A stretch of DNA of 32,000 bases. Source: Pasteurella multocida (lineage in GTDB: Bacteria > Pseudomonadota > Gammaproteobacteria > Enterobacterales > Pasteurellaceae). The notes beneath the pieces are model-generated. The model ran no database searches, had not been told where the DNA came from, and saw only the letters and a list, made by a program, of their open reading frames with translations. Positions 1 through 8,416 of the stretch are shown piece after piece. A program made the translations under genes and the position numbers. The stretch spans positions 480,001-512,000 of the forward strand of contig NZ_LT906458.1 of the NCBI RefSeq assembly GCF_900187275.1. Reading direction: 5' to 3'. Each line of letters starts with the position of its first letter. Within the stretch, counting starts at the first letter, position 1.

Positions 1-1
1 C

Positions 2-148
2 TAGATTGGCAATATATAACGGAATTTCACGCCCAATAATCTGTCCGTTATAGCGCCATTGATCAATGAGTTGATTGAGCAAATAAACGGGATCTTGTGT
101 GACATCATCTGTTGGGGTATAGCGAAAAAATGCTTCGATAAGGTACAT
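2..148 (-). CDS. hypothetical protein, N-terminal part only (runs off window edge)
   Basis: ATG at 148 on minus strand, stop 15 nt upstream in frame, open to the window edge (MYLIEAFFRYTPTDDVTQDPVYLLNQLIDQWRYNGQIIGREIPLYIANL...). No family recognised and the SD is weak. Confidence 0.3.
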   Translation of the reverse strand, partial: MYLIEAFFRYTPTDDVTQDPVYLLNQLIDQWRYNGQIIGREIPLYIANL

Positions 149-278
149 AGTGGCATAGGATAATCATAAAAAGTGATTCATTTTAATCAATTTTTGTAAA
201 ATTGCCGCCTATTTTTTTACGTGATTGGCTTAAAAGAGGAAAATCCCCTAAAATAGCGGCTCATTTTTAAAGGAAGGA

Positions 279-596
279 ATGCACATGCATCAACAAACAA
301 AAATGCATTTACAACAGCTACAGTTGAATATGCAGTCATTAGGTTTATGGCAAATGACACCACCACCAGAAAGCGCTTTTTTAAGTGAACAACCTTTTGC
401 GCTAGACACCATGAGCCCAACAGAATGGTTACAATGGATCTTTATTCCTCGTATGTATGCGTTAATCGAAAGTGAGGCAGGGTTGCCAAATAAAATCTCA
501 ATTACGCCTTATCTTGAGGAGGCGCTGAAAGAAATGGATGGATTGGCTGATTTATTAAGTCCGATCAGCGAAATTGAAAAATTGCTGCAGAAATAA
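279..596 (+). CDS. yqcC: YqcC-family protein (DUF446), usual partner of TruC
   Basis: QPFALDTMSPTEWLQWIFIPRMYALIE closely resembles E. coli YqcC (QPFFMDTMEPLEWLQWVLIPRM). It sits 3 nt upstream of truC as in enterics. The exact start (279/285/300) is uncertain. Confidence 0.8.
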   Translation: MHMHQQTKMHLQQLQLNMQSLGLWQMTPPPESAFLSEQPFALDTMSPTEWLQWIFIPRMYALIESEAGLPNKISITPYLEEALKEMDGLADLLSPISEIEKLLQK

Positions 597-599
597 GTC

Positions 600-1331
600 A
601 TGACATTAGAGATTTTATATCAAGATCCATATTTGATTGCTGTAAATAAACCAGCAGGTATGCTAGTCCATCGTAGTTGGTTAGATCGGCATGAAACACA
701 ATTTGTCATGCAAACATTACGCGATCAAATAGGGCAGCATGTTTATCCTATTCACCGTTTAGATCGACCGACTTCAGGTGTTTTACTTTTCGCATTAAGT
801 AGCGAAGTGGCAAATTTATTGTGTCTTCAGTTTGAAAATAAGCAAGTGCAAAAAAGTTATTTAGCGATTGTTCGAGGATATTTAGTCGGTGAGGGACGGA
901 TTGATTATCCACTGAAAGTACAATTAGACAAAATTGCGGATAAGTTTGCCCAAGATGACAAGGCGCCACAAGAAGCGGTGACAGATTATCTCGGGTTAGC
1001 TAAAGTTGAAATGCCGTATTGTGTGAAAAAGTACCCAACAACGCGTTATTCGCTTGTGCGTTTAATTCCGCATACGGGGCGAAAACATCAGCTGCGTCGT
1101 CACATGAAACACCTTTTTCATCCTATTTTGGGAGATACACAATATGGTGATTTACACCAAAATCGTGCATTAACCACTCATACGGGCGTGCAACGTTTAA
1201 TGTTACATGCGGAACGATTGATTTTTACACACCCGATAACACAGCAGCAGATCACGATCTGTGCGGGTGTCGATCAACAATGGCTCGATTTGATTAATAT
1301 TTTTGATTGGGATTTAAATTCCATACATTAA
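600..1331 (+). CDS. truC: tRNA pseudouridine(65) synthase TruC (RluA family)
   Basis: LEILYQD..LIAVNKPAGMLVHRSWLDR...HRLDRPTSGVLLFA is near-colinear with E. coli TruC. The catalytic HRLDxxTSG motif is present. Confidence 0.9.
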   Translation: MTLEILYQDPYLIAVNKPAGMLVHRSWLDRHETQFVMQTLRDQIGQHVYPIHRLDRPTSGVLLFALSSEVANLLCLQFENKQVQKSYLAIVRGYLVGEGRIDYPLKVQLDKIADKFAQDDKAPQEAVTDYLGLAKVEMPYCVKKYPTTRYSLVRLIPHTGRKHQLRRHMKHLFHPILGDTQYGDLHQNRALTTHTGVQRLMLHAERLIFTHPITQQQITICAGVDQQWLDLINIFDWDLNSIH

Positions 1332-1370
1332 GTATGGGTAACTGAATTTGTTTTTTCTAGGTGAAATGAA

Positions 1371-1535
1371 ATGTTAGATAATGCACTATTAGGTTTAACG
1401 CATGAGCAACAACAAGAGGCAGTTGAGAAAATACAACAGCTCATGGCTGAGGGGATGAGTTCAGGAGAAGCCATTGCATTTGTGGCACAAGAATTACGAC
1501 AAAAACAACAAAAATTAAATAATACACATTCTTAA
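1371..1535 (+). CDS. yoaH: YoaH-family small protein (UPF0181)
   Basis: 54-aa ORF not in the supplied track: [54 protein letters not shown]. The LTHEQQQ.AVE.IQ.LMA.GMSSG.AIA.VA.ELR core matches E. coli YoaH. Confidence 0.75.
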   Translation: MLDNALLGLTHEQQQEAVEKIQQLMAEGMSSGEAIAFVAQELRQKQQKLNNTHS

Positions 1536-1740
1536 CTCGTTATGATTAAGTGAGGCGAATTGAGAAAACGTTTCCAAAATGCAAAAATTTTGTGATCTCG
1601 GTTTGATTTTAAACTATTTTTAATTGCCAAAAAGAGAAAATTCCTAGAAGATTACTCTGAATAAAATTTGGGTGGTAAGACAATCTTGTCTTATTAAAAT
1701 AAAAATAGTTAAAGTCGTTAGACGATTAGAGGTTTTAATT

Positions 1741-1950
1741 ATGGAAGTTGGTGTAGTTAAATGGTTCAATAACGCGAAAGGATTTGGATTCATTTCTGCA
1801 GAAGGAACAGACGCAGATATTTTTGCGCATTACTCAGTCATCGAAATGGAAGGCTACCGTTCATTAAAAGCGGGTCAAAAAGTACAATTTGAAGTCGTAC
1901 ATGGCGATAAAGGATCACATGCGACGAAAATTATTCCAATCGTTGAATAA
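1741..1950 (+). CDS. cspD: cold-shock-domain protein, CspD-like
   Basis: MEVGVVKWFNNAKGFGFISAEG..DIFAHYSVIEMEGYRSLKAGQKV.FEV..G.KG..A carries the RNP1/RNP2 motifs. The ATG at 1741 is preferred over the track start at 1672, whose extra 23 aa have no CSD counterpart. Confidence 0.9.
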   Translation: MEVGVVKWFNNAKGFGFISAEGTDADIFAHYSVIEMEGYRSLKAGQKVQFEVVHGDKGSHATKIIPIVE

Positions 1951-1980
1951 GGTTTTCTCTTAACATTTAGTCATCGTAAC

Positions 1981-2013
1981 AAAAAAGACAAGGATGTAAC
2001 CTTGTCTTTTTTT
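1981..2013. terminator. bidirectional rho-independent terminator between cspD and matP
   Basis: AAAAAAGACAAGG-atgtaa-CCTTGTCTTTTTT: perfect 13-bp stem flanked by an A-run and a T-run. Confidence 0.85.
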
Positions 2014-2019
2014 CTCGGT

Positions 2020-2466
2020 TCATTTTAATAAGTCTTTGAGCCCTGCTTTCATGGCAGAAATTTGGTGTTCATATTGGGCTTTGCTTTCTCGTTCATCGAT
2101 CATGTAAGTAATGGTTTCAGAAAGCGTCATTTTCATTTTACGTGAATAACGTGAAAGTCTAAGCCAGACAGCATATTCTAAGTCAATGGATTTTTTCTTG
2201 GTGGATTGTTTTTCACCATTAAAGAAACGTTTACGACGTGCACGAATCGCTTGATCAAGTTTGATCATCAAGTGAGGCGATAGGTGGGCTTTGATCCAGT
2301 TCTCAATTGCTTGGGGCTGATTTTGCTGAGAGAGGAGTTGTTTTACCTTGTCTTCACTTAAACTGCGTTCTTCATAGCGCGTAATGTTTTCACCTTCACG
2401 GTGCTTTTTGATTAAATACAACCATTTCCAATGCGCTTCTTGATTCTCAAGTTTTTGATATTTCAT
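2020..2466 (-). CDS. matP: macrodomain Ter protein MatP
   Basis: MKYQKLENQEAHWKWLYLIKKHREGE.ITRY...IRARRKR.F...KKKSIDLE..VW.RL...LSETI is colinear with E. coli MatP (YcbG). It neighbours ycbZ and fabA as in E. coli. Confidence 0.9.
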   Translation of the reverse strand: MKYQKLENQEAHWKWLYLIKKHREGENITRYEERSLSEDKVKQLLSQQNQPQAIENWIKAHLSPHLMIKLDQAIRARRKRFFNGEKQSTKKKSIDLEYAVWLRLSRYSRKMKMTLSETITYMIDERESKAQYEHQISAMKAGLKDLLK

Positions 2467-2630
2467 GGTATGCTCTCACTTTGGCTTATTCGTGACGTGG
2501 TAACTCCGTCAATATACTCTGTTTTAGGCATTTTTTCTAGCAGATTTTTACTATTCAGGGAAATGTGAGATAATGCCGAGCGAATAAATTAAACGGTTTA
2601 AAACCACTTAAAATAACGAAGAGAATACGT

Positions 2631-4421
2631 GTGAATCCATCTTTTTTAGCTGAAAAAGCCCTTTCCTGGCAAGAACTACGCCCAGAACTTCAATTAACTG
2701 AATTACCCCATTCATCATTAGATTTCTTTGCTTTGCAGCAGCGAGCAAGTGCGGCTGTGAATCAATTTTTACACAATCCTCATCGCCACCTATGCGTGTT
2801 AAAAGCTGATGAGCAAGGGGAATATGCGCATTTACTGGAACAGTTTGTCGCCAGACAGCAACAACATGATGATAAAGTACATGGTGTGCAATACTTTGTT
2901 GAGCAAGGTGACTCTTTTTCATTTCCACGCATTTTTATGGAAGTTGCACAAAATCAGAATGATAATTTTGCCGCCAAAAGAAAGGTTGCGAGTGCGTTAT
3001 ACGTTGATCAATTTCAATTACTGGGATCAATACGTATTCATCCGAGTTCGCAAGAAATTCAGTTAAATCCCGGCTTAGTGCATCAACTCAATGGGGGAGT
3101 GTTAATTTTAGGTGTTGGTTCCCTTATCAACCAATTTGATTTGTGGATTCGTTTAAAACAACTGCTTTTAACACAGCGTTTTGATTGGTATTCCGCACAT
3201 CCATTTAAAGCTTTACCTTGTGATATTCCAAGTTATCCTTTGTCATTAAAAGTGATTTTACTCGGTAACCGAGAAGAATTAGCGACATTGGCAGAATTGG
3301 ATGCAGATTTGTATGATCTGGCAGATTATTCTGAAATTGAAAGCTATTATGCTATTGAAAGTGCTGAACAACGCATGAAATGGGCAGAATATGTGCAATC
3401 AATGGCGAGCTATCACCAATTACCCCAATTAACCTTAGACGGTCTGAACAAGCTTTATCAACTCTTAGTGCGTGAAAGCGAAGATCGCGCATTTGTTTCT
3501 ATCTCTCCATTGAAATTAAAAGCCATTTTATCAGGTAGCGCGATTTTAAAACAAAAAGACACCAATGCGTTGTTAAGTGCGGTGGATTTTGAGCAATTTT
3601 TTCAACAGAAAGAAATGCAACAAAGCTTTTTAAAAGAACATACCTATTCGGATATTTTGCATGAACAAGTGTATGTTGCCACCGAAGGGGATATCGTAGG
3701 GCAAATTAATGGGCTTTCCGTAATTGAATATCCCGGTACACCAATGGCATTTGGTGAGCCTTCTCGTATTAGTTGTATTGTCCAATTTGGGGATGGTGAG
3801 GTGGTGGATGTTGAACGTAAAAGTGAATTGGCGGGCAATATTCACGGCAAAAGTATTATGATTGCACAAGCCTGTTTAGCACATACTTTGGGTTTCCCTT
3901 CTCAATTGCCTTTTTCTGCTTCTTTGGTCTTTGAGCAATCCTATGGCGAAATTGATGGCGATAGCGCATCTTTAGCAAGTTTTTGTGTTTTAGCCAGTGC
4001 ATTAGCGGATTATCCATTACCCCAATCTATCGCTATTACAGGAGCGATCGATCAATTCGGGCTAGTCCATTCAGTAGGGGGCGTGAATGCCAAAATTGAA
4101 GGATTCTTCTCTATCTGCGCACGTCGTGGTTTAACTGGACAGCAAGGCGTGATGGTACCGAGCACGGTAATTCATCAACTGAGTTTAAGTGAAGACGTCG
4201 TCAATGCCGTGAGGGCTGGACAGTTCTTTATTTATCCTGTTGAAGATGTGTATCAAGCTTGTCATATTTTATTTCAACGGGATTTGGTTGAGGAAACGGG
4301 AAAAGTTTACAGCGAAGTGGACTTGCCGCTTTCTCGCTTGATCGCAATACGAATAGAACAACGAGCAGAGCAGCAATTGTATAAAACGAGTGTTTGGGAT
4401 TGGTTGCTGCGTAAACGATAA
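2631..4421 (+). CDS. ycbZ: Lon-like protease homolog (YcbZ/LonH type, C-terminal S16 protease domain)
   Basis: 596 aa with a GTG start. The C-terminus has the Lon S16 hallmark GEIDGDSASLASFCVLASAL...ITGAIDQFG.V..VGGVN.KIEGFF. The matP-ycbZ-fabA synteny matches E. coli. Confidence 0.8.
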   Translation: MNPSFLAEKALSWQELRPELQLTELPHSSLDFFALQQRASAAVNQFLHNPHRHLCVLKADEQGEYAHLLEQFVARQQQHDDKVHGVQYFVEQGDSFSFPRIFMEVAQNQNDNFAAKRKVASALYVDQFQLLGSIRIHPSSQEIQLNPGLVHQLNGGVLILGVGSLINQFDLWIRLKQLLLTQRFDWYSAHPFKALPCDIPSYPLSLKVILLGNREELATLAELDADLYDLADYSEIESYYAIESAEQRMKWAEYVQSMASYHQLPQLTLDGLNKLYQLLVRESEDRAFVSISPLKLKAILSGSAILKQKDTNALLSAVDFEQFFQQKEMQQSFLKEHTYSDILHEQVYVATEGDIVGQINGLSVIEYPGTPMAFGEPSRISCIVQFGDGEVVDVERKSELAGNIHGKSIMIAQACLAHTLGFPSQLPFSASLVFEQSYGEIDGDSASLASFCVLASALADYPLPQSIAITGAIDQFGLVHSVGGVNAKIEGFFSICARRGLTGQQGVMVPSTVIHQLSLSEDVVNAVRAGQFFIYPVEDVYQACHILFQRDLVEETGKVYSEVDLPLSRLIAIRIEQRAEQQLYKTSVWDWLLRKR

Positions 4422-4437
4422 CTGCTCCGATAAGTTA

Positions 4438-4455
4438 AGCTTACAAGTGTTAGCT
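4438..4455 (+). promoter_or_regulatory. putative FabR-type operator upstream of fabA
   Basis: AGCTTACAAGTGTTAGCT is an imperfect palindrome. It closely resembles my recollection of the FabR site in E. coli fabA/fabB promoters (AGCGTACA..TGT.AGCT) and lies about 25 bp upstream of the -10. Confidence 0.45.
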
Positions 4456-4476
4456 ATTTTTATTTTTACTCGACTC

Positions 4477-4485
4477 TGTTAGAAT
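4477..4485 (+). promoter_or_regulatory. fabA promoter, extended -10 (TGtTAGAAT)
   Basis: TG-n-TAGAAT lies 54 bp upstream of the fabA ATG. The -35 region is T-rich and weak. Confidence 0.4.
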
Positions 4486-4538
4486 GCCGACAAGCAGAAT
4501 TTGCTTGTATATCCTAAAACTGAGGAGAGTTTAAAATA

Positions 4539-5069
4539 ATGAACAGTTGTACACCAAATAAAAAGAGTAGCTACAGCTACGAAGATTTACTCGCATCGGG
4601 TCGTGGCGAATTATTTGGCGAAGACGGGCCGCAACTGCCAGCACCAACCATGCTGATGATGGATCGCATTGTCGAAATGAACGAAACTGGTGGGCAATTT
4701 AATAAAGGTTATATCGAAGCAGAACTCGATATTAAGCCGGATTTACCGTTTTTTGGCTGTCACTTTATAGGCGATCCTGTGATGCCAGGGTGTTTAGGTT
4801 TGGATGCTATGTGGCAACTGGTTGGCTTTTATCTCGGTTGGATTGGCGGCAAAGGCAAAGGTCGAGCGCTAGGGGTAGGAGAAGTGAAGTTCACAGGACA
4901 AATTTTGCCAAGTGCGAAAAAAGTGGTATATCGTATTCACATGAAACGTGTTATTAATCGTAAACTTGTGATGGGCATGGCGGATGGTGAAGTGGAAGTA
5001 GATGGTCGCGTGATTTATACCGCAACAGACCTCAAAGTCGGGCTATTTCAAGATACGAGCGCGTTCTAG
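4539..5069 (+). CDS. fabA: 3-hydroxydecanoyl-ACP dehydratase/isomerase FabA
   Basis: [29 protein letters not shown]...[49 protein letters not shown] is colinear with E. coli FabA, including the active-site His in FGCHF. Confidence 0.95.
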   Translation: MNSCTPNKKSSYSYEDLLASGRGELFGEDGPQLPAPTMLMMDRIVEMNETGGQFNKGYIEAELDIKPDLPFFGCHFIGDPVMPGCLGLDAMWQLVGFYLGWIGGKGKGRALGVGEVKFTGQILPSAKKVVYRIHMKRVINRKLVMGMADGEVEVDGRVIYTATDLKVGLFQDTSAF

Positions 5070-5100
5070 TGATTTTATCGACTTAAATAGAAATAACAAA

Positions 5101-5132
5101 ATTACCAGCTTATTAGGCTGGTAATCTTTTTT
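5101..5132. terminator. bidirectional terminator between fabA and ybaK
   Basis: ATTACCAGC-ttattag-GCTGGTAAT followed by CTTTTTT. An A-rich run lies on the other side. Confidence 0.8.
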
Positions 5133-5137
5133 CAGGC

Positions 5138-5614
5138 TTATTCGTCCACAATATCCACAAATTCAGCATTGAGCAGTTTGGCTAAGTCTTGCGGTGCTAA
5201 TTCCACACTCAAGCCTCGTTTTCCACCAGAAACAAAAATATGTTCAAAGGCTAGCGCAGACTGAGCAATCACGGTTTTTAAGACACGCTTTTGTCCTAAT
5301 GGGCTGATTCCACCGACTAAATAACCGGTACTTTTCTGGGCAAATTCTTTATCTGCCATTTCCACTTTTTTCACAGCGATCGCTTTTGCGGCTTTCTTTA
5401 AATTCAGCATATTCGCAGTCGGTAACACAAAACAGGCTAATTTTTTCTGATCACCATTTTCTGCTACTAACAGTGTTTTAAACGACTGGTTGGGATCAAT
5501 CCCTAATTTCTCCACAGCCTCATCACCAAAATGGGTGTTATTTGGATCATGATCATAATGATGTAGCACAAAGGCAATCTTATGTTTTTTCAGTAAATCA
5601 ATTGCTGGTGTCAT
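5138..5614 (-). CDS. ybaK: Cys-tRNA(Pro)/Cys-tRNA(Cys) deacylase YbaK
   Basis: [19 protein letters not shown]....FG.E.V.KLG..P.Q.FKTLLV...[15 protein letters not shown]...SGGKRGL..EL is colinear with E. coli YbaK. Confidence 0.9.
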   Translation of the reverse strand: MTPAIDLLKKHKIAFVLHHYDHDPNNTHFGDEAVEKLGIDPNQSFKTLLVAENGDQKKLACFVLPTANMLNLKKAAKAIAVKKVEMADKEFAQKSTGYLVGGISPLGQKRVLKTVIAQSALAFEHIFVSGGKRGLSVELAPQDLAKLLNAEFVDIVDE

Positions 5615-5670
5615 TGTCTTTTCTTCTTGTTCCAGTAAAATGAGCCCATTATTTTACTGCGGAGAGAAAA

Positions 5671-6645
5671 ATGAACGCAACCTTAAATGTCGCTATTGCG
5701 GCAGAATTCGAATTAAGCGAGAAAATTGCTGAAACACTAGAACAAAGTCAATTAAATATTAGTCAATTATCAATTGTTGAAATTTATCCTTTCAATGAAG
5801 AACAAGGGATACGTTTTCATAATAAAAGTGTGGTACAACTTAAACCAGAAGAGGTGGAATGGTCATCAATCCATTATCTTTTCTTTGCTGGCGATATTCA
5901 GCAAGTCGCTCATCTCGCGAAAGCCGCAGAAATGGGTTGCGTGGTGATTGATATGAAAGGGATTTGTGCCAGCTTGCAAGACGTCCCTGTGGTGATACCG
6001 GGAGTAAATCAGGAAAAATTGGTAGATTTACGTCAGCGTAATATTGTGTCCTTAGCCGATCCACAAGTGACACAACTTGCATTAGTCATCGCCTCGTTGA
6101 TGTCAAATCACGAAATCAAAGACATTGCCGTAACCTCGTTATTACCTGCATCTTATACTAACGGAGAAACGGTAGGTAAATTAGCGGGACAAACAGCGCG
6201 ATTGTTAAATGGCATTCCACTTGATGAAGGCGAACAACGTTTAGCTTTTGATGTTTTCCCTACGCCTGCATCGCATTTAAATATGCAAATTCACAAGATC
6301 TTTCCACAATTAAATAATGTCGTATTTCATTCTATCCAAGTGCCTGTTTTCTACGGGATGGGGCAAATGGTGAGCGTATTATCGGATTATGCATTAGATC
6401 CTCAATCTTGCTTAGCGAGCTGGACTGACAATCCGTTGATGACTTATCATGCAGAAAAATATTGCACCCCAGTGACGAATGGCGAACAGGAAATGGCAGA
6501 AGAGCAAGCAGCAAAATTACATATAAGTGGGTTAAGTGCGGTGGAAAATGGTCTACAATTTTGGTCGGTTGCAGATGAACAGCGCTTTAATCTTGCTTTA
6601 TTGAGTGTTACGCTTGCAGAGTTAATTTACTCGCAAGGTTATTAA
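5671..6645 (+). CDS. usg: USG-1-like protein (aspartate-semialdehyde dehydrogenase family paralog)
   Basis: 324 aa with Asd/ArgC-like architecture (N-terminal Rossmann-like region, IPGVN, ADPQVTQL, C-terminal dimerisation part). Assigned by overall resemblance to enteric and Haemophilus Usg proteins. Confidence 0.65.
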   Translation: MNATLNVAIAAEFELSEKIAETLEQSQLNISQLSIVEIYPFNEEQGIRFHNKSVVQLKPEEVEWSSIHYLFFAGDIQQVAHLAKAAEMGCVVIDMKGICASLQDVPVVIPGVNQEKLVDLRQRNIVSLADPQVTQLALVIASLMSNHEIKDIAVTSLLPASYTNGETVGKLAGQTARLLNGIPLDEGEQRLAFDVFPTPASHLNMQIHKIFPQLNNVVFHSIQVPVFYGMGQMVSVLSDYALDPQSCLASWTDNPLMTYHAEKYCTPVTNGEQEMAEEQAAKLHISGLSAVENGLQFWSVADEQRFNLALLSVTLAELIYSQGY

Positions 6646-6690
6646 TTTAAATGTGTTTTTGCACGATATTTTTATCTTGAACTTTGAGAG

Positions 6691-6718
6691 CGCACTCGTT
6701 TTTGACGAGTGCGTTTTT
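6691..6718 (+). terminator. usg rho-independent terminator, which also forms the left edge of the island
   Basis: CGCACTCGT-ttttg-ACGAGTGCG followed by TTTTT. Its 3' arm ACGAGTGCG is also the first conserved block of junction-repeat copy A. Confidence 0.8.
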
Positions 6719-6746
6719 GTTAAAACATTCGTTTGAAAGACAGTGA
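6705..6746 (+). repeat. island junction repeat, copy A (diverged)
   Basis: acgagtgcgtttttgttaaaacattcgtttgaaagacag aligns with the consensus cgtgtTCACACGAGTGCGGTTTGATTAAAGCACTCGTCAAAGgCGAG..CTAGCTGTGGG seen in copies B-F. Confidence 0.6.
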
Positions 6747-6953
6747 ATGAATAGCGGAGTTATTGATAAGAATCAATTTATACAAAAGCAACTGAATGTT
6801 ATTAATCGAGGCAATAAACCTATTGATAGTTTTAGTTGGCGCCATAATACATAAACTGTACTTAATAATATGCAATCAATACCTAGAAATATTCATGACG
6901 TAATCCAACATATCGGGGAGGGGATTTTAAGTGATGGTAGAAAAAACATTTAG
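6747..6953 (+). pseudogene. orphan WHH (HNH/EndoVII-superfamily) nuclease toxin tip, inactivated
   Basis: The frame reads MNSGVIDKNQFIQKQLNVINRGNKPIDSFSWRHNT*TVLNNMQSIPRNIHDVIQHIGEGILS. It is homologous to copy B, but WHH has become WRH and there is an in-frame TAA at 6852. No N-terminal delivery region is present. Confidence 0.7.
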
Positions 6954-7452
6954 AAATCTAAAAATATATGATGATTATGGTTCTGTCTCTCAGGAAATTA
7001 TTTTTAATTTTGAAAAAGAGTTTGATATAAAACTCCCTTTATCCTATATCTCACTTGTGAAAAAGTATAATGGCGTTTGGTTTAAGGAAAGTGATTTTGA
7101 ATATTTATCTCAAAATGGGAAAAGAATAATAAGCTCATTGAGTTTTGATAGTTTTGAGACAAAAGATAATATCGAACCAATGAATAATATATTAAGACAA
7201 TATATTTATGATGATGAAATTTATGGATATAAGAATGTTTATTCCTTTGGTTACACTGGAAATGGTGACTTTGTCTGTTTTGATTATCGTGATGACCCAA
7301 AAGGTGATGAGCCCAAAATCTGTATCGTGATTCATGATGAATATGATGAAAAAACAGGCAAGCGTTTGTTATTGCCTGTGGCAGAAAATTTTGAGGCATT
7401 TTTAGATATGCTTTACGATTTTGATGAACGCTATCCGAATGGTTATGAATAG
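6934..7452 (+). CDS. SUKH/SMI1-KNR4-family immunity protein, paralog 1
   Basis: Intact 172-aa ORF (ATG at 6934 preferred over GTG at 6931). It has the typical SUKH N-terminus (..IE.FE.EF.IKLP..YI.L..KYNG) and lies directly downstream of, and overlapping, a WHH toxin tip. It is paralogous to 8417..8926 and 10672..11187. Confidence 0.8.
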   Translation: MVEKTFRNLKIYDDYGSVSQEIIFNFEKEFDIKLPLSYISLVKKYNGVWFKESDFEYLSQNGKRIISSLSFDSFETKDNIEPMNNILRQYIYDDEIYGYKNVYSFGYTGNGDFVCFDYRDDPKGDEPKICIVIHDEYDEKTGKRLLLPVAENFEAFLDMLYDFDERYPNGYE

Positions 7453-7508
7453 GTATTTGTTTAAATAATGTGTTGTATTTTTTAAGCATTATTTACAACT
7501 AACATTTT

Positions 7509-7568
7509 AAGTGCGGTCAATTTTGAAAAAGTTTTGGGCTTTGAGAATTGGGCGCATTTTTTTTGAAA
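7509..7568 (+). terminator. USS-containing terminator module, copy 1
   Basis: AAGTGCGGTCAATTttgaaaaagttttgggctttgagAATTGGGCGCATTTTTTTT: exact USS core, imperfect inverted repeat and a T8 run. The same about 55-bp module recurs at 11237 and 13352. Confidence 0.65.
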
Positions 7569-7790
7569 TATTCTTCAATGATGAGCACTAATTATGGATT
7601 AGATAATGGGAATTATCGAGATATGGATGGTAATAAAGGATGGAGGCTAGATTTTGATCCTGAGAAAGTTGTTCATGTAAATATTTTTGACTTTACTAAA
7701 GGTAAAGGACTAGGTAAAGCAGTTAAAAAGTCATTCTTTTTGATAGTACTGAACAAGAGTTTGAAAAATTTTAAAGCAATTAAATAAGGA
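7548..7790 (+). pseudogene. unclassified toxin C-terminal fragment (5'-truncated, frameshifted)
   Basis: It begins inside the preceding terminator with no credible start. It reads ..NYGLDNGNYRDMDGNKGWRLDFDPEKVVHVNIFDFTKGKGLGKAVKK. The natural continuation (ILFDSTEQEFEKF) lies in another frame, which implies a 1-nt indel near 7730. Confidence 0.5.
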
Positions 7791-7797
7791 AGATAAA

Positions 7798-8151
7798 ATG
7801 ACATTATTTGATGAATGTAAATTAGCTCTTAGAGACGATTTTAATCTAATTTGTGATGAAGAGAAGGATTGTGTAATGGATAAGTTTTATTTCTATTTCT
7901 TGGAAAAGAAAGAGGAATTTAATTTTCAAGATTATTCATTTGAAGAAATGTATATATTTTCAAAAATGGAACCTGTGTATGTTTTATGTGATAGCTCTAA
8001 TATACCTTTGTTTAGGAGTAATTGGGAATTGATTATCAATAATATATATGATGTTGTCTGTTTATCTACAAAAGTATTTTTTCTAGATGATGAAAAGTTA
8101 ATGATGGAATTATTTCCTGAAGATAAAGTAAGAGTCATCTATAAAAGATAA
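7798..8151 (+). CDS. putative immunity protein (117 aa, singleton)
   Basis: Intact ORF with SD AAGGAAGATAAAATG, acidic and cytoplasmic, immediately after a toxin remnant. The assignment is by context, and no family was recognised with confidence. Confidence 0.55.
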   Translation: MTLFDECKLALRDDFNLICDEEKDCVMDKFYFYFLEKKEEFNFQDYSFEEMYIFSKMEPVYVLCDSSNIPLFRSNWELIINNIYDVVCLSTKVFFLDDEKLMMELFPEDKVRVIYKR

Positions 8152-8412
8152 TTACCCCTTGATCGCGCTCGTGTCAGCACGAGTTCGCTTTCATTAAAGC
8201 TCTCGTTAAAGACTAGCACTAGCAGTGAGGTTGATCGTAATCAATTTACTGAAGAACAGTTAATTAAAATTAATAAGAGGCTTGATAAAATAGAGGGATT
8301 TACATGGCATCATAACTCACAAAGTAGTCCCCAAAATATGTAGTTAATACCTACACCAATTCATAAGGCTGTTCAGCATATAGGTGAAGGCGCTTTAAGT
8401 GAAGGAAAGTGA
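8152..8412 (+). pseudogene. junction repeat copy B (8167..8230) read through into an orphan WHH nuclease toxin tip with a single nonsense codon
   Basis: The frame is open from 8152: ..DRARVSTSSLSLKLSLKTSTSSEVDRNQFTEEQLIKINKRLDKIEGFTWHHNSQSSPQNM*LIPTPIHKAVQHIGEGALSEGK*. The WHH motif and distal H are intact. TAG at 8341 stands where copy A has CAA. Confidence 0.75.
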
Positions 8413-8416
8413 TAAA

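Noticed and set aside
217-420. 67-aa minus-strand ORF overlapping the yqcC start
   Set aside because: It overlaps the yqcC coding region and promoter, and has no SD or recognisable family.
748-969. Antisense or alternative-frame ORFs inside confident genes (748..969, 2608..2928, 2809..3066, 3630..3869, 5840..6082, 7082..7489, 8531..8812, 10762..11100, 14989..15247, 17850..18056, 20208..20405, 20929..21180, 22152..22394, 22793..23023, 23357..23563, 25008..25338, 25664..26309, 27363..27650, 28851..29042)
   Set aside because: They fully overlap genes with strong family signatures. They have odd composition (Ile/Phe/His/Asn-rich or Cys-rich) and no SD. They are typical shadow ORFs.
1672-1740. 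N-terminal extension of the cold-shock gene (track start at 1672)
   Set aside because: CSD proteins begin right at the beta-1 strand (M..G.VKWFN). The extra 23 residues are low-complexity translation of the AT-rich leader. A small hairpin (TAAGACAA-tc-TTGTCTTA, 1676..1693) lies here instead.
2492-2504. matS-like site (GTGACGTGGTAAC) just upstream of matP
   Set aside because: It has two mismatches to GTGACRNYGTCAC, including one in the conserved right arm. It cannot be distinguished from chance without a genome-wide matS model.
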